This document shows, piece after piece, positions 15,685 to 24,273 of a DNA stretch of 64,000 bases. The stretch comes from a virus. Lineage: Duplodnaviria > Caudoviricetes. The notes beneath the pieces are model-generated. The model was given only the letters and a program-made list of their open reading frames with translations. It was not told where the DNA came from and searched no databases. Within the stretch, counting starts at the first letter, position 1; every line of letters begins with the position of its first letter. The position numbers were made by a program, and so were the translations under genes. The stretch lies in IMG/VR virus record IMGVR_UViG_2513237141_000002, positions 5,308-69,307 of that record, one strand, 5' to 3'.

Positions 15685-16146
15685 GTGGCTCTTAAAACAC
15701 ACTGCATTCATGGCCACGCCTACACTGAGCAGAATACATACTGGAAGAAAATACGCGGCAGCTTATTCCGCTGCTGCCGCACCTGCAAACAGGATGGAGA
15801 ACGTCGGCGCTATCCATCAAAAGACAAGACGCATTGTCGTCGCGGCCACCTATACGACGAGCAAAACACATTCTGGAAGAAGTACGGTGTTTCCCGTTTC
15901 CGCGTCTGTCTTGCCTGTAAGCGGGAGTGGGACAATCGTCGTGCCAAGCCGCGTGTTCTGAAGCCCGTTCCGGCACCAAAGCCGAAGGAAAAGACGAGGC
16001 ATATCGTCTCAATAACGAGGGCTGAGGTGATCGATTGGTATTTGCTCGGCTGGCGCTTCGTCGGCTTCCAAGGCGATCTCTGCACCTTCGAATGGCGGAA
16101 CGAGCGGGAGCCGCGATGGCCGGCTGAGATGAGGAGGGCTGCATGA
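15685..16146 (+). CDS. tandem Zn-ribbon protein
   Basis: Two repeats, KTHCIHGH..EQNT..CRTC and KTHCRRGH..EQNT..CLAC; GTG start. Confidence 0.7.
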   Translation: MALKTHCIHGHAYTEQNTYWKKIRGSLFRCCRTCKQDGERRRYPSKDKTHCRRGHLYDEQNTFWKKYGVSRFRVCLACKREWDNRRAKPRVLKPVPAPKPKEKTRHIVSITRAEVIDWYLLGWRFVGFQGDLCTFEWRNEREPRWPAEMRRAA

Positions 16147-16358
16147 AGAAGCCAACCGCTGCGCAATTCTTTATGGCGTATGGGCTCGTGTGGGCATTCG
16201 GCATCTTTTTAATCTGCGTCTACACGGGCACGAGTGGCCCTTTAGGCCTGTCGATACTGTTTATAAAAATGTCCTGTTACAACATAGCATTCGTCGTGTT
16301 CAATCTTATCGGCACAATGATCGCGGCGGCGACCGGTTGGACGCCGTGGCGGTCATGA
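16143..16358 (+). CDS. membrane protein
   Basis: Two hydrophobic segments; coupled. Confidence 0.65.
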   Translation: MKKPTAAQFFMAYGLVWAFGIFLICVYTGTSGPLGLSILFIKMSCYNIAFVVFNLIGTMIAAATGWTPWRS

Positions 16359-16663
16359 CGCTCGACGACGTCCTGATCGAGCTGGCCAAGACCGGCTGCT
16401 CCCCAATGTCCTTCAAGGGGCAGAAGAACTTTCGCTGCCCGCAATGCAGTCATCTCCGCAAGGCGCACAACAAGCGCAAGCGGTGCATGACGGTGCGGTC
16501 AGAGTCTGATGGGTTTCAATTTTGCTGCCATAACGCACCATGCCAATTCCGGGGTGGCCATTATTATGACGAACCAAACGCTCGGCCATCACGGAGTCAA
16601 AGCATTAGAAGCAAGGGGAATCGACCCAGAAATAGCCGCCCGATTGAATCTCTATACAGGTAG
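16355..16663 (+). CDS. stand-alone primase Zn-binding domain
   Basis: CPQCSHLRK...RCMTV...CCHNAPCQFRG, like the ZBD of T7 gp4/Twinkle-type primase-helicases. Confidence 0.75.
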   Translation: MTLDDVLIELAKTGCSPMSFKGQKNFRCPQCSHLRKAHNKRKRCMTVRSESDGFQFCCHNAPCQFRGGHYYDEPNARPSRSQSIRSKGNRPRNSRPIESLYR

Positions 16664-18074
16664 AGAAGGCAATGGCGGCGAAGTCATCCCCGACGAAAAT
16701 GGCAACGTCGTCTGCTTCCCATTTCTGGAAGACGGCATTGTCGTTGCGGAGAAATATCGCGCGGCTGGAAAGCGATTTTGGCAGCGCGTTGGTGGCAAGC
16801 GCACGTTCTACAATGCCGACGCGCTCAATGATCCTGCGCTGGAGTCTGGCTCCATGGCGCTAGTGGTGACCGAAGGAGAGATCGATTGTCTTTCGGCGAT
16901 CACGTGCGGCTTCCCGCTCGCGGTCTCGGTCCCTGACGGCGCTCCGTCGCCTCCGAAGGAGAAGAGGGAGGAAGGCGAGACAGACGATACGTCGGGTAAA
17001 TTCGAGTTCATGTACTTGAACCGCGACCGATTGAAGAAGATCAAGAGTTTCATCATCGCGGTAGACAACGACGCACCGGGCAAATATCTCGCGGAGGAGT
17101 TGGTTCGTCGTCTCTCCGCTGCCCGGTGCTCGTTCGTTGTCTATCCAGAGGGCTGCAAGGATCTCAATGACGTACTGATGAAGCACGGGCAGGAGGCGGC
17201 ATACAATGTGCTGGCCAATGCCAAGCCGTACCCGCTGAAGGGTGTCTATTCGCTCAGCGACTATCCCGACAAACCGCCGATCCAGACATTCTCGACGGGG
17301 TGGCCCACGGTTGATGCCCACTATACTCCTTTTGCGCCGTCACTCACGGTCCTCCTCGGCCTGCCGGGTTCCGGCAAGTCGACGTGGCTCATGAACCTCT
17401 GCGTCAATCTCGCCGATATGCACGGCTGGAAGGCCGCGATCTTCACACCGGAGATGCCGATCGTCCCGAACATGCGCGATGTCATGCGCTGCATTGTATC
17501 GGGAGATGATGTCGAGCGGCTGACACCAGCACAGGTCGCCAAGGCAGACCGATGGATCAACCAGAACTTCGTCTTCATCGACTTCGATGTTTCTGGAGAG
17601 GATGAAAAAGACCTGACGCTGGAGTGGTTGCTGGACCGCGCCTATGACGCCCTGATGCGCCACGGCATCCGTGTGCTGGTGCTGGACCCGTGGAATGAGA
17701 TCGAGCACGCCAAGGAGGGCCGCGAGAGCACGACAGAATATACCAACAAGGCGTTGCGCAAGCTGATCAAGTTCGGTCGGCGGCATGGCATCGCCACGTA
17801 TCTGGTCGTCCACCCGACGAAGGACGTGGCTCACGGCGGCAAGACGAGAATCCCAACGCTCTATGACGCGGACGGCTCGGCTGCATTTTACAACAAGCCA
17901 GACTTCGGGATCATCGTCGACCGCGATCCAAGCAAGCACGACAAGACCGACATCTACATCAAAAAGGTCCGCTTCCGTGGCACCGGCGAAAAGGGCCACG
18001 TCGTCATGAAATTCAACCGGGAGAACTCGCGGTTCGAACTGCTCGATGCGAGTCCGTATCAGGAGGGGATGTGA
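16566..18074 (+). CDS. TOPRIM primase-SF4 helicase (T7 gp4/Twinkle-like), lacking its ZBD
   Basis: VVTEGEIDCLS, AVSVPDGA, AVDNDAPG, CKDLND (TOPRIM); GLPGSGKST Walker A; VLVLDPWN Walker B; VVHPTK. Confidence 0.93.
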   Translation: MTNQTLGHHGVKALEARGIDPEIAARLNLYTGREGNGGEVIPDENGNVVCFPFLEDGIVVAEKYRAAGKRFWQRVGGKRTFYNADALNDPALESGSMALVVTEGEIDCLSAITCGFPLAVSVPDGAPSPPKEKREEGETDDTSGKFEFMYLNRDRLKKIKSFIIAVDNDAPGKYLAEELVRRLSAARCSFVVYPEGCKDLNDVLMKHGQEAAYNVLANAKPYPLKGVYSLSDYPDKPPIQTFSTGWPTVDAHYTPFAPSLTVLLGLPGSGKSTWLMNLCVNLADMHGWKAAIFTPEMPIVPNMRDVMRCIVSGDDVERLTPAQVAKADRWINQNFVFIDFDVSGEDEKDLTLEWLLDRAYDALMRHGIRVLVLDPWNEIEHAKEGRESTTEYTNKALRKLIKFGRRHGIATYLVVHPTKDVAHGGKTRIPTLYDADGSAAFYNKPDFGIIVDRDPSKHDKTDIYIKKVRFRGTGEKGHVVMKFNRENSRFELLDASPYQEGM

Positions 18075-18382
18075 TGAGCAGCAAGCTGGAAGAGGTGGCT
18101 AGGGCGATAGCCATTGCGGAGCATAATTGGTGGCACGGGAAAGAGGAACCGAAAGAACGGCTGTCGCTCACATTGGCCAGCGTGGCGATCGATGTGGCCG
18201 ACAAGTGGGAGGCGGATGAGCGAAGGCGAACATGCAAGCATTGGAATCGCGTGGGCACCGGCTCCATCGGTAGCGATGGTTCTGGTTGGTCAACTTGGTA
18301 CTGCCAAGAGTGCGGCGCATCTTACGACAGCAGGAGCACGGCGCAGGCCGGGGAGGGCCGTTCCTCCCGTGAGGAGGGCTAA
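18074..18382 (+). CDS. hypothetical protein with a Zn motif
   Basis: CKH...CQECG; coupled. Confidence 0.6.
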   Translation: MSSKLEEVARAIAIAEHNWWHGKEEPKERLSLTLASVAIDVADKWEADERRRTCKHWNRVGTGSIGSDGSGWSTWYCQECGASYDSRSTAQAGEGRSSREEG

Positions 18383-18384
18383 TC

Positions 18385-18645
18385 ATGACTCGAGACGAAG
18401 CAAAGACGATCATTCACAAGGCGTTTGACTATGATCGGGCGGATTTGCTGACGCCAGAGAGTTTGCTGGGCTGTTTCGTTCAGCTCGGCCTGCTCAAGCT
18501 GGAGGAGCCAGACATTGACGAGGGCGTTGGGCAAATCTTCAAAATCAGTAAGTTCATGAGCTATTTCAATTTGGATCACCGCACGCCAGCGCAATTGATT
18601 AGCGCCCTCGACCGCGCCGGGCTGGAGATCAGGGAGAAGTCGTGA
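18385..18645 (+). CDS. hypothetical protein
   Basis: Coupled ORF. Confidence 0.6.
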   Translation: MTRDEAKTIIHKAFDYDRADLLTPESLLGCFVQLGLLKLEEPDIDEGVGQIFKISKFMSYFNLDHRTPAQLISALDRAGLEIREKS

Positions 18646-19067
18646 CCGCCACTCTCAACACCATATGTGCCGAACTAGGCGTTGGGATTCTTGAGCCTCG
18701 CCAGCAACGCCAGCGGGGGCCCAATCAAACATGCGCGGTTGGTACTTTGGAAGAACTATTGCGCGACGAGGGCTCCGCGCATCTGCGGTCTGTGTTGATG
18801 ACGATTGTCGAGAGCAAAAACAACCGGATGGCATTGGTGCGTCCGATTCTGATGGCGGTGAGCGATGTGCTCAGAGCCCACCCGACCTGGCTCGGTAGCA
18901 AGTGGTTCGATCTATTCGATGAGATCGATCTCGTCTCCCTCTATGAGAAAGCGAAGGCCGATCGCGAGGCGGTGGCGCCGAGGTGGCTGATAGGCGGGAT
19001 GATTTTAGAGCGGCTTCGGCCGCATTTTCATGAAGAGGCGCAACCAACTCTATTTGGAAAGGGGTAG
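18642..19067 (+). CDS. conserved alphaproteobacterial phage hypothetical protein
   Basis: GPNQTCAVGTLEELLRDEGSAHLRSVLMTIVES pattern. Confidence 0.7.
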   Translation: MTATLNTICAELGVGILEPRQQRQRGPNQTCAVGTLEELLRDEGSAHLRSVLMTIVESKNNRMALVRPILMAVSDVLRAHPTWLGSKWFDLFDEIDLVSLYEKAKADREAVAPRWLIGGMILERLRPHFHEEAQPTLFGKG

Positions 19068-19070
19068 GCC

Positions 19071-19721
19071 ATGTGGTCCATTGAAAGCATTCAGGCGAGG
19101 TGGAGGGAGGCCGCAGACGTCGAGAGGCGGCTACAGGTCAAGGGTATCCCTACAAGCGGGAATGCATGGCCTGTCTATACTTGGGACAGGACCCAGTGGG
19201 ACGATACCGCCCACAGCGACCTAGATGAGATGTGGCGCAATCGTCGCGTGACGCGGAGCGACGAGCTTTCGCGCTGGGGTGAGTGCTATTTCGAATGGCA
19301 CATGAAGCTGGTGCCGCTCGATCGTCGCGAATTGATCTGGGCGTGGGCGCGTTGGGCGGCGGACGTTGATCCTCGTCCTTTTTCGAAGATTTGCGATCAC
19401 AATGGATGGGCGCGAGCGACGGCATACGCTAGGCTTGAGAGGCTTTGGGACCATCTACTTTTCAATTTTGGCAATGCTTTCATTCCCTTCCGCCCGGCTG
19501 CTGACAGGTGGGCTAGACTTGCGAGCCAGCCGATCGTAATAAACGAAGCAAGGGTTGCGGATTGTGCCCCGGTGAAGCACGCGGCTTTCATTTCCGAAAA
19601 ATCGACCGACACTCTAAAGACGCCAGATGCCATTGCGGCATTCGTGGCCCATCTTGAAGATGTCAATGAGCATCGGCGCAGGGCGCTGGTTAAGCGCCTC
19701 GGCCGGGATATGGCGGCGTAG
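19071..19721 (+). CDS. DUF6362-like protein, candidate late-gene regulator
   Basis: WSIESIQARWREAADVERRL...WP...C-terminal HTH-like (ICDHNGWARATAYARL); lies in the Q position before the late genes. Confidence 0.55.
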   Translation: MWSIESIQARWREAADVERRLQVKGIPTSGNAWPVYTWDRTQWDDTAHSDLDEMWRNRRVTRSDELSRWGECYFEWHMKLVPLDRRELIWAWARWAADVDPRPFSKICDHNGWARATAYARLERLWDHLLFNFGNAFIPFRPAADRWARLASQPIVINEARVADCAPVKHAAFISEKSTDTLKTPDAIAAFVAHLEDVNEHRRRALVKRLGRDMAA

Positions 19722-19727
19722 AACAAC

Positions 19728-20252
19728 ATGCGTCGCCGCAAATCGTCATTTCTAAGATATGAACTCGGCGGCGCCAATATGCGCCGAGATGAGGCTCTAT
19801 CTGATTACATCTATTCTGCCCGTACCGCCGGATCTGGTAGGGTTGGGCAGAGCAAGCTTTCCAATAAACTGCTGACCTCTCATTTGAGGATGAGGACGGC
19901 CGTCTATGCCATCGGTCCCAGGTCTGGACCGCCGGTGAAGATTGGATTTAGCGGCAGGCCCGCCGTTCGTTTGGTGGACCTGCAGATTGCAAGCCCGACA
20001 GATATCCGTTTCCATTTGGTGTGTTGGTTGCCAACCAAGAGCGATGCGACTGCGCTTGAGGCGAGATGCCACCGGATGTTGAAGGAATCTGGACATCATA
20101 TTCGCGGAGAGTGGTTCAGCCTGACGCCGATTGAGGCCGCCAAGGTAATAGATCGCGCATCCATCGATGTCGGGTGCCAACTGGTCCCTCATAGGGATCT
20201 TATCAAAACGTTCCCGCTACATGAGGACCCTCTAGAGGGGTGTTTTTGGTAA
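19728..20252 (+). CDS. GIY-YIG (T5orf172/MUG113-like) nuclease
   Basis: VYAIG...PVKIGFS..PAVRLVDLQIASP...LEARCH...IRGEWF; start uncertain. Confidence 0.85.
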   Translation: MRRRKSSFLRYELGGANMRRDEALSDYIYSARTAGSGRVGQSKLSNKLLTSHLRMRTAVYAIGPRSGPPVKIGFSGRPAVRLVDLQIASPTDIRFHLVCWLPTKSDATALEARCHRMLKESGHHIRGEWFSLTPIEAAKVIDRASIDVGCQLVPHRDLIKTFPLHEDPLEGCFW

Positions 20253-20548
20253 TGGGCGAAGTCGTAAAGTTCCGCCGCGCCCGCTTCGCCGGCTTCATCC
20301 CCGATGACCTCGGCGACCGTCCACGCAAGCACAACCCGCACAGCCCAATGCATACCGCGCCATTGCTGCGGCCGGGACGTGATGCGGGATCGATCGGACT
20401 GATTGATTTTGCCAAGAGCGGCGCTCCACCGGTGCCAGACCTGGCCGAACCGACATTCCGAGAGATCCCCACTATAGTGGACGACGAGGCATATCAGCGT
20501 TTGATCGCCAGGCGCTGGGGTGATGCCGAGCCGCAGGACTGCGCATGA
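20252..20548 (+). CDS. hypothetical protein
   Basis: ATG overlaps the upstream stop. Confidence 0.6.
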   Translation: MGEVVKFRRARFAGFIPDDLGDRPRKHNPHSPMHTAPLLRPGRDAGSIGLIDFAKSGAPPVPDLAEPTFREIPTIVDDEAYQRLIARRWGDAEPQDCA

Positions 20549-20709
20549 ACCCGATCGCTTTCCCCCGCATGAACTTGGATATGCTGGCTGCGGCAGTGGA
20601 TGCGCAGAAACCTCAGCCAAGAGATGTGGCGCGGTATGTAGTACTGAGCCTCAATATCGATGGCGCTCTTATCCGCGAGTCTCTTATTAAGTCTTGGAAG
20701 CCGACGTGA
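20545..20709 (+). CDS. hypothetical protein
   Basis: Manual translation MNPIAFPRMNLDMLAAAVDAQ...; ATGA and GTGA overlaps. Confidence 0.5.
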   Translation: MNPIAFPRMNLDMLAAAVDAQKPQPRDVARYVVLSLNIDGALIRESLIKSWKPT

Positions 20710-20891
20710 CCCGCGACGGTGCCATAGCGCTGCGCCGTGAAATGCTCAAGCGAGCGCGCCTATGGTTCTTCCGTGCTGGTAATTCAGCTCTTCCGTCGTC
20801 TGATCGTTATGACGCTGCTGTTCGCGGCGATCATTGTCTTGATATCGCAAAAGAGGCGGATGAGTTCATTAGAGAGTGTGCGGGAGTCTAA
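20706..20891 (+). CDS. hypothetical protein
   Basis: Coupled ORF. Confidence 0.55.
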   Translation: MTRDGAIALRREMLKRARLWFFRAGNSALPSSDRYDAAVRGDHCLDIAKEADEFIRECAGV

Positions 20892-21008
20892 ATGAGGCGC
20901 TGGTTGCTCCGCTGGATTTGTTGTCGATGTCCAGATTGCGGCTGCGTCTTAATGGACTGGGCTAGGCATAGCTCATGCGCGGTCTGCCCAGTGTGCGATT
21001 TGTTGTGA
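20892..21008 (+). CDS. small Cys-rich peptide
   Basis: Manual translation MRRWLLRWICCRCPDCGCVLMDWARHSSCAVCPVCDLL. Confidence 0.45.
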   Translation: MRRWLLRWICCRCPDCGCVLMDWARHSSCAVCPVCDLL

Positions 21009-21012
21009 GGGA

Positions 21013-21393
21013 GTGATGCGGCATTTGTACTGGCTGTGGGTTAGCTTTGCTCTCATTTTGACGGCCATGATTTTGGTGAACGTCGCCCGCGCGCATGATC
21101 ATGAGCATCCCGATCTGAGTAGCTGGTACTCCAATCTGAAGGGCCGCGGACCTTGTTGTGACGGCTCCGAGACGGAGATGAAGCACCTCTCCGACGTCGA
21201 ATGGAAGAGCGAGAACGGCCACTATCAGGTGCTGATCAATCAGTACATGGACGGCAGCGGCCAGAACGTCTGGGTTGATGTGCCGGATGATGCGGTGATC
21301 AAGGAGCCGAACCGGGACGGCCGTACGTTGGTCTGGCCGATCTGGGGTGACAGGCCGCAAGTGCGCTGCTTTCTGCCGGGGGCGATGGGCTGA
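21013..21393 (+). CDS. secreted Cys-containing protein
   Basis: Signal peptide ending ARA-H; GPCCDGS...VPDDAVIKEPN...VWP...RCFLPG. Confidence 0.75.
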   Translation: MMRHLYWLWVSFALILTAMILVNVARAHDHEHPDLSSWYSNLKGRGPCCDGSETEMKHLSDVEWKSENGHYQVLINQYMDGSGQNVWVDVPDDAVIKEPNRDGRTLVWPIWGDRPQVRCFLPGAMG

Positions 21394-21590
21394 TGAAGTT
21401 CATCGAGCTATCCTACCGCCAACAGTCCCACATCGTAAACGTGGACCATATTGCGTGGTACGACGACCACAAGGTGATGCTGCCGACGGGCAACACATTG
21501 ATTGTCGAGCAGTCTAAAGCCCAGATCACCACGATGATCGAGGCGATTGGAAATTCGTTGAGCTGCGTGCTTAGGCTGCCGCAGAACTAA
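21393..21590 (+). CDS. hypothetical protein
   Basis: Coupled ORF. Confidence 0.6.
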   Translation: MKFIELSYRQQSHIVNVDHIAWYDDHKVMLPTGNTLIVEQSKAQITTMIEAIGNSLSCVLRLPQN

Positions 21591-21604
21591 CCGGAAGTCA
21601 GGAA

Positions 21605-21874
21605 ATGTCGCGGGTAAGCGGGCGGACGAAGTTCTTTAGATGTGAGGCCCGCGACGGGAGTGCAAAGGGCACCGGCTTTGGGTTCATAGCCTGCGACGAC
21701 GGGCAGGAGGTCTTTGTTCATCGCTCCGACCTTGGCCAATCTTGTTTCCAGGCCATTATCCCCAATGGGACGCCGCGCTATACCTTGATGGAAGGCCAGG
21801 CCGTCACGTTTGAGATTGCGGCGGGAGATCGCGGTCCGAAGGCCATACGAGTCGAGCTTGCCGCCACCACCTAA
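21605..21874 (+). CDS. cold-shock domain protein
   Basis: RNP1 GFGFI, RNP2 VFVH, EGQAVTFEI..GDRGPKA..V. Confidence 0.9.
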   Translation: MSRVSGRTKFFRCEARDGSAKGTGFGFIACDDGQEVFVHRSDLGQSCFQAIIPNGTPRYTLMEGQAVTFEIAAGDRGPKAIRVELAATT

Positions 21875-22049
21875 TCCGCGCGAGAAGCTCGCGGCGATGC
21901 TGGATGACATTGCGGCGGCCTCCAAGCAGGCCAGAATCCAGATATCGGTCTTCAGGGATGTCGCCAATAAGCGAGATTTTGACCTTCTTGACCGGATATT
22001 CGGTGATCTAATCGACGTCGAAACATCGATTCAGCGGTTTGTAAGGTAA
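21810..22049 (+). CDS. hypothetical protein (start uncertain)
   Basis: ORF overlapping the end of the CSD gene. Confidence 0.5.
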   Translation: MRLRREIAVRRPYESSLPPPPNPREKLAAMLDDIAAASKQARIQISVFRDVANKRDFDLLDRIFGDLIDVETSIQRFVR

Positions 22050-22153
22050 CCGCCCCATGCCGTGCCGTGCCTTGCATCGCCTAGCATCGCCCGGCCCTGC
22101 CTTGCCGAGCCCCGCCTCATGGAAACGATATAGCACAACAGAGGGGCGAAGTC

Positions 22154-22471
22154 ATGCTGAAAGCCCTTCTGAGTTATCTTTCAAGCATCGCATCGCTCGC
22201 ATCTCGGATCACCGCTCTAGAGAAAAAGGTAGCCGCAATGTCTCAGGAACAGACCGATCTCTCCGCCGCAGTTGCAACCCTGACCGCCGCCGTCAATGGT
22301 GCTGTGACTGAGCTGCAGACGCTTGCCGCTGCGGTCAGTGCCGCCGCTGGTTCTGGCGATGCTGCCGCGATGGAAGCCGCTGCGACCAGCCTGAACGCGC
22401 TGGCGACCACGCTGAGCAATGCGACGAGTTCGGCTGCTTCGGCTGCCAACCCGGCTCCGGCGGGCTCCTAA
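22154..22471 (+). CDS. Ala-rich coiled-coil protein
   Basis: Heptad-like Ala/Leu pattern; GAGGGG RBS. Confidence 0.7.
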   Translation: MLKALLSYLSSIASLASRITALEKKVAAMSQEQTDLSAAVATLTAAVNGAVTELQTLAAAVSAAAGSGDAAAMEAAATSLNALATTLSNATSSAASAANPAPAGS

Positions 22472-22473
22472 GC

Positions 22474-22977
22474 ATGATGCGGCCAGCAAAGATAGCCTTA
22501 GCGCTGGCCGCCTGCCTGCTGCTGTCCGCCGACACCATGGCGGCCAATATGAGCAAGTGGCTGCCGAACCACGACCGGACTCCGGGCGCGGTCAATCCTG
22601 ACATCACCCAAGACAACATCGGCGAGACCATTTGCGCCAACAGCCGCGGCGGGCACTGGTCGACCAAGTCAATCCGGCCGCCTGCGAGTTACACGACCAA
22701 GCTCAAGAAGAAGCAGCTCGCCGACTGGGGCTACGAGGACAAGAATCCTCGGCACTATGAGGAAGATCACATCATAAGTTTGGAGATCGGTGGGGCTCCC
22801 CGCGATCCCAAGAACCTATTCCCCCAGCCATATGCAGGCGAGTGGGGCGCAAGGGTAAAGGACAAGCTCGAGCAGCGCCTGAATAAGCTGGTGTGTGATG
22901 GCACGCTGACGCTCAAAGAGGCTCAGGCCGCCATTTCCTCCGACTGGGTGGCCGCCTACCGCAAATTCGTGAATTGA
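22474..22977 (+). CDS. secreted His-Me finger (HNH-like) protein
   Basis: Signal peptide; TPGAVNP...IC...YEEDHIISLEIGGAPRDPKNLFPQ...KDKLE..L..LVCDG. Confidence 0.75.
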   Translation: MMRPAKIALALAACLLLSADTMAANMSKWLPNHDRTPGAVNPDITQDNIGETICANSRGGHWSTKSIRPPASYTTKLKKKQLADWGYEDKNPRHYEEDHIISLEIGGAPRDPKNLFPQPYAGEWGARVKDKLEQRLNKLVCDGTLTLKEAQAAISSDWVAAYRKFVN

Positions 22978-23679
22978 TCAGGCCTTGATCGCCATAAGGG
23001 ATTTGACGAATCCGAGCGACTTCTCGCGCTCGATCTTGGCCTCGGGAAACATCGCCGAGAATTCACCGATGGTCAGCAGCCGCCAATCCGGCGAGGTCTG
23101 TTTCGGCCAGAATGTGTTGGTGAGCCGCAGCAGGGCAACCAGAGCGGGGCGGGGCAGGAACACGATAAGCCCCGGCAGCCAGCTATGGCTTTCAAGGATG
23201 AAATACCGATAGGGCGTCTGGACATAGTATCGCTTGGCGATGCGGCGGATTTCGTTCGCAAATGCCCATTGGTGCTGACGCCCGGTGGTCTCGAAATACG
23301 GCCCGCTCCTTGTCCACTCCACCGCGTCCTTGGGGCCGGTGACGTGCTCGAGGACGGACGAGCAGAACACGAAGTCAAAGTTCTGGTCGGGAAAGGGCAG
23401 CGTTCCGATGCCGTCAACCAGCTGAACCGTCTCATATCCATGCCGTTCCCGCGCCTGTCGGAGATCGTCCTCCAGAATATCGGCAATCACCACCTTCCTG
23501 TGGTCCGGGAAGATGGAATGGAAGTGGTCACCAGTGCCGCCGCCGAGGTCGAGGACCAGATTATCTGGCTCCAGCTTGACGTGCTTCGATAGCGACTCAA
23601 CTCGTTTGGCTCGTGCGCTCGCTGAATAGCGCATTGCAATCGTGACGAGTGGACTCGCTGTAGTCTGCATACTGGCCAT
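22978..23679 (-). CDS. class I SAM-dependent methyltransferase (moron)
   Basis: VLDLGGGTG motif I, LPFPDQNFDFVFCSSVLEHV, EIRRIAKRYYVQTP; opposite strand to its neighbours; GAGG RBS. Confidence 0.9.
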   Translation of the reverse strand: MASMQTTASPLVTIAMRYSASARAKRVESLSKHVKLEPDNLVLDLGGGTGDHFHSIFPDHRKVVIADILEDDLRQARERHGYETVQLVDGIGTLPFPDQNFDFVFCSSVLEHVTGPKDAVEWTRSGPYFETTGRQHQWAFANEIRRIAKRYYVQTPYRYFILESHSWLPGLIVFLPRPALVALLRLTNTFWPKQTSPDWRLLTIGEFSAMFPEAKIEREKSLGFVKSLMAIKA

Positions 23680-23720
23680 ATTGAATCCTCTGATTGTTGA
23701 AACCTTAGCGAGTCCAGAGG

Positions 23721-23749
23721 ATTATAGGCAATTGGGGATTGTGGGGTAA
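23721..23749 (-). promoter_or_regulatory. promoter of the methyltransferase moron
   Basis: Minus strand TTACCC-N17-TATAAT (TATAAT at 23726-23721). Confidence 0.6.
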
Positions 23750-23795
23750 TACCTTTGAATTCTCGAATTCTGAACAACGGCTTAGGGTCCGCGTG

Positions 23796-24071
23796 ATGGC
23801 GGCGTATCTCGACAATTACTGGATTGTTTGGCCGGTCGGCATTGCGCTGTGGCTGATCATCGGCTGGGCCGAGTTCGGCTATTTCGAGACCAAGGCGCTG
23901 GATAACCCGACGCCGACCCACATCACGCTTTCCTATTTCGTGTTCTACGTGACGAGCAAGTTCCCGCTGGCGACGTTCTATGGCGGTTTGCTGCTTGGCC
24001 TATTCGTCGGCTCGTTATCCACGCATTTCTGGTGGCACTGGCTGCCGCCTGGCGCGGTGAGCGCTGGCTAA
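23796..24071 (+). CDS. membrane protein
   Basis: Two to three hydrophobic segments. Confidence 0.7.
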   Translation: MAAYLDNYWIVWPVGIALWLIIGWAEFGYFETKALDNPTPTHITLSYFVFYVTSKFPLATFYGGLLLGLFVGSLSTHFWWHWLPPGAVSAG

Positions 24072-24075
24072 AGAC

Positions 24076-24264
24076 ATGCCCTGGAACACTGTCGAAGATC
24101 TTTCGCCAGAAGAGGAACTAGAGCGGCGCTGGGCCAACAGTTGTGCGCTCACCCACATTCAGACGGCGCTTGAGTATCAGCGGCACAGCGAGGAATCTCG
24201 CGAGCGTCACCGCGCGTTGTGTTGCTTCACCGCCGCGATCAAACGCGGCTTCGTCACCTGCTAG
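24076..24264 (+). CDS. hypothetical protein
   Basis: ORF in the late operon. Confidence 0.55.
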   Translation: MPWNTVEDLSPEEELERRWANSCALTHIQTALEYQRHSEESRERHRALCCFTAAIKRGFVTC

Positions 24265-24273
24265 GAATCCCCC

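Noticed and set aside
22978-23679. DNA methyltransferase (CcrM-like) interpretation
   Set aside because: Lacks DPPY/NPPY or PC catalytic motifs; the motifs fit small-molecule/glycan class I methyltransferases
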